Virus record (IMG/VR): IMGVR_UViG_2648501149_000017 | Source of the DNA: a virus | Lineage: Duplodnaviria; Heunggongvirae; Uroviricota; Caudoviricetes | Length of the DNA stretch: 15,337 bases | Direction: 5' to 3' (one strand) | Shown: positions 8,577 through 15,337 of the stretch, piece after piece | Position numbering within the stretch: the stretch's first letter is position 1 | Layout: every line of letters begins with the position of its first letter | Made by a program: the position numbers and the translations under genes | Notes under the pieces: model-generated | Seen by the model: the letters and a program-made list of their open reading frames with translations, nothing else | What the model was told of the DNA's origin: nothing | The model's database searches: none

Positions 8577-8641
8577 TTGTACCAGCCACCACACACTGAG
8601 CACCGATAGTGTGCTTGTGTCAGCCACGACACAATTGACGT
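8577..8641 (+). promoter_or_regulatory. Psid-like late promoter with two TGT-N12-ACA dyads (Ogr/Delta activator sites)
   Basis: TGT-N12-ACA at 8577-8594 and 8615-8632, centres 38 bp apart, upstream of the sid-like ATG at 8668. Matches the P2/P4 late-promoter architecture as I recall it (sites near -55 and -18), which would put the transcription start near 8641. Confidence 0.5.
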
Positions 8642-8667
8642 AACGAACCAACCCGACAGGAGAAGTC

Positions 8668-9411
8668 ATGAACAACACCGCAGTGAATAACAACCTTTCC
8701 ACTTTTCCGGCTGTAACGCAGCGGGCACTGGAAACCATGAACACAGCCAGAAACGCATGGCTTGAAGCACGTCGTCAGCAGAAAGCGGCAGCGGATAATA
8801 TTGCGACAATCCGCCAGCGTCGCGCTGAAATGGAAGCCACGACGAACACACTGAATGAGGAGTGGCGCACGCTGTTTCGTGAAAGTCAGGGCGTGGTCTC
8901 AAAGGAAATGAAAAAACTGCGCACGGAAATTGCGCTGGGACGAGAAACTCTTGAGGATTTTGATGAGCTGCTGGAGGCTCAGGAAAGCGAAAATGCACTT
9001 TTGCCGCAGAAAGCTGCGGAATTAGCCGGAAAGTATATCCACGCGCATAACATCCTTGTGGATATTCGCGCAAAACAAATCTGGGAAGATTTTATGCAGT
9101 CGCATGGAAAAGCGCTTATTCAGACGCTGAGCCTGCTTAAATCCACAATGGGCCGGGAAGCCAGTGCCGTTGTGGGTGTGGTGAATTCAGTTAATGACCC
9201 GGACACAGTGCTGAAAGACTTTATTCATAAACATATCACCAGACCGGCTCTGGCTAACGATGCGATGCCTGAGCAGGACCCGGTGTTTAAACTGGCGGGA
9301 GTTGCCCCGGATTATGCGGCGCGTCTGGATTTCAGTAATCAACTCTCTCCGGCAGCTATGCATAAAATTAAGGTTCGTCAGGAACTTGCTGAGAAGGAGA
9401 AAGCAGTATGA
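8668..9411 (+). CDS. Sid-like capsid size determination (external scaffold) protein
   Basis: 247 aa, similar in length to P4 Sid; the segment EEWRTLFRESQGVVSKEMKKLRTEI matches my recollection of a conserved Sid region; sits directly upstream of psu-like and delta-like genes. AGGAGA RBS. Confidence 0.65.
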   Translation: MNNTAVNNNLSTFPAVTQRALETMNTARNAWLEARRQQKAAADNIATIRQRRAEMEATTNTLNEEWRTLFRESQGVVSKEMKKLRTEIALGRETLEDFDELLEAQESENALLPQKAAELAGKYIHAHNILVDIRAKQIWEDFMQSHGKALIQTLSLLKSTMGREASAVVGVVNSVNDPDTVLKDFIHKHITRPALANDAMPEQDPVFKLAGVAPDYAARLDFSNQLSPAAMHKIKVRQELAEKEKAV

Positions 9412-9959
9412 CGGCCCGAGGCACGCCTGACCAGGCACTTACCAGTTTTCGGAATGCCCGTATTCTGTGGGCCGGACATAATGAGAGCCGAAAAGCCGTT
9501 GAACAACAGATAACATCTCTCCTCGCTGCCACAGAAAAACCAGCAGATTATGCCCGACAGCTCGAATTACTGCGGGAACGTCTGGATGTGCTGAAATGGC
9601 AAATTAACTGTGCTGCGCGCGAATGCATTTACTCGCAGCATTTACTGATGGAGGCCTGCACAGAAGCCGCTCTCAGCAATTTTATGCAGGCGAATGGGGC
9701 AGCCCTGACATCTGCACTGGCTCCGTTCCTGAAGGGGCGCGGAGGGGTTGACGTTGCGTCCCGTATATTACGCAGTGCTCTGGTTCGCCAGCTGGCAATA
9801 ACACCGCCTGAAATTGCCGGGGATTATCGTGAGATCCTGGATGAATCCGGTTTGATGCCTGACCCCGGGATGATTCGTGATTGCCAGGGTTCTTACACCC
9901 CGGCACAACATCTGCGTTTTCAGCAACGCCTGAATGACATTAACGATATACAGGAGTGA
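9408..9959 (+). CDS. Psu-like polarity suppression protein
   Basis: 183 aa, close to P4 Psu in length; segments ALTSALAPFL and YTPAQ resemble recalled Psu motifs; translationally coupled to the sid-like gene (ATGA overlap). Confidence 0.6.
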   Translation: MTARGTPDQALTSFRNARILWAGHNESRKAVEQQITSLLAATEKPADYARQLELLRERLDVLKWQINCAARECIYSQHLLMEACTEAALSNFMQANGAALTSALAPFLKGRGGVDVASRILRSALVRQLAITPPEIAGDYREILDESGLMPDPGMIRDCQGSYTPAQHLRFQQRLNDINDIQE

Positions 9960-9964
9960 TATTA

Positions 9965-10237
9965 ATGGCACTTAAATGTCCGGAATGCGGTACAGTTGCA
10001 CACGCCAGAACAGCAGCCTATGAAGCTCCGTCAGTTAAACGCTCGTGGTATCAGTGCCAGAATCTGGAATGTTCCTGCACATTTACGGCACTGGAGAGTG
10101 TGGATAAGATAATCATGAAACCCCGGCGCAATGAACAGCTATCAGACAAAGCACAATCCCCGGAAAAACAACAGCAAACGCTCAATCGCTATGGCTCCGC
10201 GTCAAAACTGTCAAGCCGTCAGCAGATTCCTGTCTGA
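9965..10237 (+). CDS. Ogr/Delta-family zinc-finger late transcription activator
   Basis: MALKCPECGTVAHARTAAY ... WYQCQNLECSCTF matches the Ogr signature (C.C.HART ... Y.C.N..C). The listed ORF starts at a GTG at 9956; the ATG at 9965 with AGGAG RBS is the more likely start. Confidence 0.85.
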   Translation: MALKCPECGTVAHARTAAYEAPSVKRSWYQCQNLECSCTFTALESVDKIIMKPRRNEQLSDKAQSPEKQQQTLNRYGSASKLSSRQQIPV

Positions 10238-10257
10238 TTAGAAAAAAACGCCCACGT

Positions 10258-10285
10258 AATCCCGGTCGAGTACCGGGATTTTTAA
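10258..10285 (+). terminator. Rho-independent terminator downstream of the delta-like gene
   Basis: Perfect 9-bp stem AATCCCGGT / ACCGGGATT with 5-nt loop followed by a T-run. Confidence 0.6.
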
Positions 10286-10312
10286 CACCTTTTCCCTGGC
10301 TGGCCTGAGAGC

Positions 10313-10420
10313 GCATGAGTGCATGTCTATGGCGCATGAAAATGCATGAGCCTTATGCACCTTTTTTGAGGCGAAAACCTTTGTGTGGTGGTATCTGAGA
10401 CGATTTATGGCATGCATGAA
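10313..10420. repeat. Cluster of GCATGA(A/G) motifs
   Basis: GCATGA at 10313-10318, 10334-10339, 10343-10348 and 10415-10420, with GCATG variants at 10321-10325 and 10411-10415, in the non-coding stretch between the late genes and the cargo cassette. Confidence 0.4.
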
Positions 10421-10766
10421 AACCAGTCTGTTAAGCGAAGCGGGCAGGCGTGCGGGGCTGCCCGCGATAGCACTGAAATCAACAGGTAAAACTATTTTTT
10501 ATTAGTAGTGTAAACTGGGAGCGAACGGACTCTGTCATGCTGTATCATCCTGTAATGATCAATCTCACTGGTGTCTGTATAGATGTCAACCAGTTTCGAC
10601 GGCTGTGTCTAACTTAAAATTAGAGCTTAATCAAGTTTTTCCTCGAGAATACTTTTAAAAGACAATGAGTTATGAGAAAGTGGAGGCTGTCACGTTGGTC
10701 ATATGTAACACTCCACGTAATCTTAATCGCTTTGTAAATGTTGAAGTTAATTAATAGGGAAAACTG

Positions 10767-11726
10767 ATGCTAACCAGGGCTGAAAATATAAGAAAAATCA
10801 CAAGCTATTTAGCTATTCTCTCAAGAGAGGTTGAGATTAGTGCCTCCCTCAATCTTTTGGATATCAACGTTCAAGCGGAATCTTTTTATAGAGATTTCTT
10901 AAACTTATGTTATGGATATAATTTAAGAAATACCAATAGTGAAGAGCAAAACTACCAAGCAATAGATCTTGCTGATGAAGATCGGAAGATTGCTATACAA
11001 GTAACTTCAACTTCTGACTTGGGAAAAATTAAGAATACAGTTGATGGATTTATAAAAAGTAAGCAATATGAAAAATATGATAGACTAATTGTACTGAATA
11101 TAACTGAAAAGAAAAAGCACAGATTGAAAGAGTATGGAATAGCCGGGTGCTATGTAATTAATATCAAAGATGATGTATGGGATTATAAGGATATAATTAG
11201 AAAGATAAACGATTTGAATGATTGTGATATATCAACAATATGCTCATTTTTGGAACGTAATATTAATACTAAAGCTGCTGATAAACCGCCGAAAGAAGTC
11301 ACAACTATGTTTGCGATGATTGAATTATTGAGTGATGATGCTCACCCATTGGCAGGAAATGGATTTATTGAAGAGCCTAATCCTGAAAATAAAATATATA
11401 AAAGATTTTCAGATTATTCAGAGCGGTTGATTGGCTTATATACTGGGTTAGCTCCATTATATAGTGGGATATTTAAGTCAATAAAAGAACAGAGCGATAT
11501 TGGTATCGTAAGGTACCAAAAGATGAGTTTGTATTTAGAGTCATTTAGTGATAAGGTCTTAAGAAGCCATGGTGGAGATCCTATCTTGGCGCTTAATTAT
11601 TTAAAAGAATATTTTTCTAAACAACTGAGCCAGAGAAATGTAGATTACGATGAAACAGCTATCAAATTTTTCTTAATTGAGAATTTAATTGCATGTAACG
11701 TCTTTCCTAATTCGGAGATTCTTTGA
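10767..11726 (+). CDS. cargo protein with SMEK-like N-terminal domain (putative effector of a three-component ABC-ATPase system)
   Basis: 319 aa, AT-rich; the N-terminal segment LNLLDINVQAESFYRDFLNLCYGYNLRNTN ... QAIDLADEDRKIAIQVTSTS resembles what I recall as the SMEK domain found in conflict systems. AGGGA RBS. Assignment is from memory, not a search. Confidence 0.55.
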   Translation: MLTRAENIRKITSYLAILSREVEISASLNLLDINVQAESFYRDFLNLCYGYNLRNTNSEEQNYQAIDLADEDRKIAIQVTSTSDLGKIKNTVDGFIKSKQYEKYDRLIVLNITEKKKHRLKEYGIAGCYVINIKDDVWDYKDIIRKINDLNDCDISTICSFLERNINTKAADKPPKEVTTMFAMIELLSDDAHPLAGNGFIEEPNPENKIYKRFSDYSERLIGLYTGLAPLYSGIFKSIKEQSDIGIVRYQKMSLYLESFSDKVLRSHGGDPILALNYLKEYFSKQLSQRNVDYDETAIKFFLIENLIACNVFPNSEIL

Positions 11727-11974
11727 TGTTAAGTTTTTTTTCGAAAGATGAGGATTTGACAAAATCCCCTCCTGTTGTAGGGGCTAAAATTCTTAATTTA
11801 TTTGACGAAACAAAAAAAGAAAAAATTAGTATTTTCGATTTAGCAAAAGAATTAAAGAAAAACAACTCTCTAGGAGTGCGTGCAATTTATTTTGGAATGG
11901 TCTTTCTTTATACTCTTGATCTTATCGATTTCGATGAGCCATATGTGATAAATAAAAATGTTAAGAATAAATAA
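11726..11974 (+). CDS. small middle-component protein (about 82 aa) of the three-gene cassette
   Basis: ATG at 11726 overlaps the upstream stop (TGATG); the listed ORF begins at a TTG at 11723. Its 3' end overlaps the ATPase gene by 17 nt. Size and position between effector and ATPase fit an ABC-three-component middle component or a Lamassu LmuC-like protein. Confidence 0.55.
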   Translation: MLSFFSKDEDLTKSPPVVGAKILNLFDETKKEKISIFDLAKELKKNNSLGVRAIYFGMVFLYTLDLIDFDEPYVINKNVKNK

Positions 11975-13673
11975 ACTATATAGCATACCAGAATCTTTTG
12001 AGCCAGTAAGCTTTGATAGTGGCATCAATATCATCTTAGGTGAAAAAGATGTTTCATCTAACAAAACTAATGGAGTGGGTAAAACTCTTTTAATAGAGTT
12101 TATTAATTTTTGTTTATTAAAAGAATTTAAGTCGAGTAGAGTTTCTAAAATTCCTCATTCTGATTTTTCGAAAGACATTTTGATATGCCTTGATTTTAAT
12201 ATTGATAATATTAACATTATATCCCAGCGTTCTATTGGGAAACATAATGAGCCAACACTTGTAATAAATGGAAAAACAATAGAGTTTAGTGGATTAGATG
12301 ATGCGTTATCTCATTTAAGCAATCTTATCTTTAAGAATAGTAAGGGTATACTTCATCCATCATTTAGAGCGATGCTGGGGCCTCTGATACGCGATGAACG
12401 ATCTGAATTTAAATCTATTGTTGAGTGCTTCGACACAAAATTACATATACCTGCTGACTATACTCCTCATCTTTATTTGTTAGGTATTGATATTGCTCCC
12501 TATAAAGAGGCAAAGATTTTACAACGAGAAATAGATGATTTATCAACTACAAAAAATAAAATAAAGAGAGATATTGAATTTCTGACGGGAAAAAAAATTA
12601 GTTCTGCAAAGGCAGAGGTTAATGATCTTAAATCAAAAGTTGAACATATCAGAAACGCTATGGATGCATTTGATAGCGATAGCAGTTATGAACTTATCAA
12701 AGATGAAGTAGAAGAATTAGAAAGTTCTTTAGAAGAGTTGCGGAATAAAAGAACAATACTTAAGTTAGAGCTTTCAAGAATAAATGCTCTCGTTGGTGAA
12801 GTATACATAAATGATGATGAAGTGGTTGAAATTTATAATAAATTTAAAGTTGGATTAGGTGATGCTATCAAAAAAGAACTTAATGATGTTATTTCATTTA
12901 AGAAAAAAATAGATCACTTCCAAAACACTTTGTTAAATACGCGAAAAGAAACATTACTTTCTGAATTGCGTAAGATATCAGATAAGCTATATACAGTAAA
13001 TAGACTTTATAAAGAAAAAGCTAGTGTTTTTGAGCAGGCGGGGGGGTTTAAAAGCCTGAAAATTTTAATAATGACTTATCAGAAAAAGTTAGAGGAGTAT
13101 TCACAGTTATCTTCATTGCTTAAAAAATTTGAAGATTTCGATTCTAAATGGAAAGTTAAGAAGTCAGAACGCTCTTCTATGATAATTTCGTTAGATCTTT
13201 CTATTATGGATAACGAAAAAACGATTGAATCTTTTGAGGAAACCATTTTATCAATCCATGAATATGTTTTTGGAAATAGAAAGTGTTCTTTCGAAATTAA
13301 GGCGACAGAGAAGAAAGAAACTATCTCAATGGATTTAAGAATTGATGATGACGGTAGTCATAGTAATGAGCGAGAAAAGGTTTTCTTTTATGATTTGGCT
13401 CTTTTACTTACAGAAGAAACGTTTCGACGTCACCCTGGATTATTAATTCATGATAATATTTTTGATGTGGATCAAGATACATTAATTAAAAGCTTGAATT
13501 ATTTGGCAGAGAAATCCAGTTGCTTAAATGATGCACAATATATTTTGACGTTAAATAGCGACAAAATTAGTGAAATTGATAAAAGAGATTTGAAACTAGA
13601 TATTAACTTCTATAAGCGAGCTTCGTTAACTAAAATAAATAGATTCCTGGGAAGGCATTATCAAGAAATATAA
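11958..13673 (+). CDS. ABC/SMC-like ATPase (Lamassu LmuB-like / ABC-three-component ATPase)
   Basis: 571 aa; N-terminal head with P-loop (INIILGEKDVSSNKTNGVGKTLLIEF), long charged probable coiled-coil middle (many E/K heptad-like stretches), C-terminal Walker B / D-loop-like LLIHDNIFDVDQD. Confidence 0.65.
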   Translation: MLRINKLYSIPESFEPVSFDSGINIILGEKDVSSNKTNGVGKTLLIEFINFCLLKEFKSSRVSKIPHSDFSKDILICLDFNIDNINIISQRSIGKHNEPTLVINGKTIEFSGLDDALSHLSNLIFKNSKGILHPSFRAMLGPLIRDERSEFKSIVECFDTKLHIPADYTPHLYLLGIDIAPYKEAKILQREIDDLSTTKNKIKRDIEFLTGKKISSAKAEVNDLKSKVEHIRNAMDAFDSDSSYELIKDEVEELESSLEELRNKRTILKLELSRINALVGEVYINDDEVVEIYNKFKVGLGDAIKKELNDVISFKKKIDHFQNTLLNTRKETLLSELRKISDKLYTVNRLYKEKASVFEQAGGFKSLKILIMTYQKKLEEYSQLSSLLKKFEDFDSKWKVKKSERSSMIISLDLSIMDNEKTIESFEETILSIHEYVFGNRKCSFEIKATEKKETISMDLRIDDDGSHSNEREKVFFYDLALLLTEETFRRHPGLLIHDNIFDVDQDTLIKSLNYLAEKSSCLNDAQYILTLNSDKISEIDKRDLKLDINFYKRASLTKINRFLGRHYQEI

Positions 13674-13847
13674 GTGTTAATCATTTAAATCAAGATTTTT
13701 ATAAAAGATATTTGTTAGTTAAACCCCCACTCTAGCTTGATGCCGTTTGTTTTAATGCATATCGCTGATTGGGGGCATTTTTGGGGGTATTTTGTTTGCA
13801 TCAAAAATAAAAAATCTTTATTTTCAAAGTGATAGTTTGGTTAATGG

Positions 13848-13866
13848 CTCCTATTATCGGCACCAT
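13848..13866 (+). repeat. attR core: second copy of the 19-bp repeat CTCCTATTATCGGCACCAT
   Basis: Exact repeat of the tRNA 3' end (1427-1445); only the tRNA 3' terminus is duplicated, not a full tRNA. Confidence 0.8.
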
Positions 13867-14019
13867 TCTAACGTCTCCCCAAGTCTACTCAAGTATTTAA
13901 AAACCTCTTATAATCAGTATATTAATGCCCCTTTTAGTCTTTTGACGTCTATTTAAGTACCCCAAACTCTACAAGCAATTGAGGGGATTTGCTGTTCAGT
14001 TTAGTGGAGATACCCCCAA

Positions 14020-14358
14020 GTGAAACTCAATGCCCGTCAAATAGACACTGCCAAGCCAAAAGAGAAGGCTTACAAGTTGGCTGATGGTGGTGGTCTGTAC
14101 CTCCTGGTAAAACCTGGTGGAGGAGAATATTGGCGTCTCAAGTATCGTGTAGCTGGTAAAGAGAAGCTGTTAGCACTAGGTGTGTATCCTGAGGTCACCT
14201 TAGCTGATGCTCCTGCAAAACTTGAAGAAGCTAAAAGAGGTATCTCTGGGGGAATCGATCTGATGGAAGTGAAGCGAGAGGAAAAGATTGCCCGGGAAAC
14301 GCAGTTAAACAACACCTTCAAAGATATTGCCCTTGAGTGGCACAGTAACAAATTATAA
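14020..14358 (+). pseudogene. Truncated P4-type integrase (N-terminal 112 aa only)
   Basis: Translation KLNARQIDTAKPKEKAYKLADGGGLYLLVKPGGGEYWRLKYRVAGKEKLLALGVYPEVTLADA aligns with the N-terminus of the intact integrase at 1609, then stops long before the catalytic domain; preceded by an upstream region resembling that of the intact int (CCCAAGTC, TTTAAAAAC). Confidence 0.8.
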
Positions 14359-14792
14359 TCACAATAATAGTGTATATAATTATACATTGTATGCTTGGTA
14401 ATCATATAATGATAAAAGCTTCCGATAATCAGTATGAGATTTGTCCTTAAACTCCTGGACATGCTTTTCTAAATCTTCCAATGGTATATGTCCATTTATA
14501 CAAATAAAATTCTAGTGATAAATACCTTCAGGTATGATTAGACAACATCTTTATTCGATGGGGGTTAATCTATATTTGATATCTTTCTTTTAAATAACAA
14601 CGCCATTAAAAACGCTTTGTTTAATGACGTTTTTTTATTGTTTCCTATATAAAGCCTAACCAGCATAAACATTGGTGGCTCTTATGCTCATTGTAATTAA
14701 ATGAGAGTGTGATTAATGTCTTTATATATTCTGGTAGTTATTCTCTCCAGACGAATACATTGTAAGAAGATGACTGTTAGTATGTTTTAACG

Positions 14793-14826
14793 TCAATTAA
14801 CATCAATTAACATCAATTAACATTAA
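14793..14826. repeat. Tandem 10-bp repeat TCAATTAACA x3 (plus partial copy)
   Basis: Seen directly at the 3' end / stop codon of the minus-strand MarR-like gene. Confidence 0.5.
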
Positions 14827-15337
14827 GGTTTGATAATAATTTTTTGTTGGCGAGTTCAAATGTTTTCATTTCATCATCTGATAGCCCGCTCCAGATTTTC
14901 TTTAGCATTACATTTTGAGTGTTTATTAGTTTTTGAGCAAGTGTAACTCCGTCAGGGGTTAAGCAAATACTTTTGCTTCGACGATCGTTTTTATTATTAA
15001 TTCTTTTGGCAATATTCTTTTTTTCTAATTTGTCTATGATGTGTGTGATGTTTGTTTTGGAGAATTGTAACTCCTTGTAAATATCAGAAGGGGACTGGCA
15101 ATAATCATCAGACATATATAATGAAACTAACACCATAAATGTTGAAGTGTTTATTCTATACTCGCTCAATTCATTTTCTATAATACTCTGGATTTTGTCA
15201 TTTACTCTAATATATAAGTGTATTAACAGACTCTCCTGAGCCGGGTATGCCGGATTTTTGATTTTTTTGTAGTTTGTTATAGTTTTTAATAAATCTATAT
15301 TATTCATAATTCCACCACACGGCAAAAGAAAACTCAT
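14813..15337 (-). CDS. MarR/SlyA-family transcriptional regulator (PapX-like small regulator)
   Basis: About 165-174 aa with a central winged-helix-like region (SPSDIYKELQFSKTNITHIIDKLEKKNIAKRINNKNDRRSKSICLTPDG) typical of MarR-family proteins; AT-rich. The ORF reaches the window edge; the start is either the ATG at the very end (15337) or the internal ATG at 15307 (MNNIDLL), or lies outside the window. Confidence 0.75.
   Translation of the reverse strand: MSFLLPCGGIMNNIDLLKTITNYKKIKNPAYPAQESLLIHLYIRVNDKIQSIIENELSEYRINTSTFMVLVSLYMSDDYCQSPSDIYKELQFSKTNITHIIDKLEKKNIAKRINNKNDRRSKSICLTPDGVTLAQKLINTQNVMLKKIWSGLSDDEMKTFELANKKLLSNLNVN

Larger units (their letters stand above)
1427..13866. mobile_element. 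P4-like satellite phage / integrative island inserted at thrW (about 12.4 kb)
   Basis: Bounded by 19-bp direct repeats; content int, alpA-like, icd-like, alpha-type primase, iterons, sid-like, psu-like, ogr/delta-like, plus AT-rich cargo cassette. Confidence 0.85.

Noticed and set aside
8544-9971. Minus-strand ORFs overlapping the sid-like and psu-like genes
   Set aside because: Antisense to coupled plus-strand genes with good RBSs; no support.
11870-12064. Minus-strand ORF 11870-12064 within the cargo cassette
   Set aside because: Antisense across the junction of two coupled plus-strand genes; AT-rich sequence gives chance ORFs.
13725-13810. C-run and G-run stretches with T-runs after the ATPase gene as a possible terminator
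   Set aside because: The complementary runs are about 50 nt apart and do not form a compact stem-loop; no convincing intrinsic terminator could be drawn by eye.
13841-13866. Possible second tRNA gene at the right boundary
   Set aside because: Only the 3'-terminal 19 nt of the tRNA is present; upstream sequence has no acceptor or D-arm. It is the att repeat.
14070-14462. Minus-strand ORF 14070-14462 (130 aa)
   Set aside because: Antisense to the truncated integrase fragment, whose plus-strand translation clearly matches the intact integrase N-terminus.

Overview
The window holds the end of a chromosomal backbone (proA, complete, then a thrW-type tRNA-Thr) followed by a roughly 12.4 kb P4-like satellite/integrative element inserted at the tRNA 3' end. 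The element is bounded by a 19-bp direct repeat (1427-1445 and 13848-13866). It carries a P4-type integrase, an AT-rich unknown gene, an AlpA-like regulator, an unlisted Arc-like repressor ORF on the minus strand, an unlisted Icd-like small ORF, three small hypothetical genes, an alpha-type primase/helicase, an iteron cluster (likely origin), a Psid-like late promoter with two TGT-N12-ACA dyads, and Sid-like, Psu-like and Ogr/Delta-like genes. Between the delta-like gene and the right repeat sits a visibly AT-rich three-gene cassette (10767-13673): a SMEK-like N-terminal domain protein, a small middle protein, and an ABC/SMC-like ATPase. This is the most interesting part of the window and is a candidate anti-phage defence system of the ABC-three-component / Lamassu-like type, in the position where P4-like satellites are reported to carry variable defence cargo. 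Beyond the right repeat lie a truncated second P4-type integrase (remnant of a tandem island) and an AT-rich MarR-family regulator gene that runs to the window edge. All calls come from reading the sequence and from recalled family features; no database search was run, and GC differences are judged by eye.
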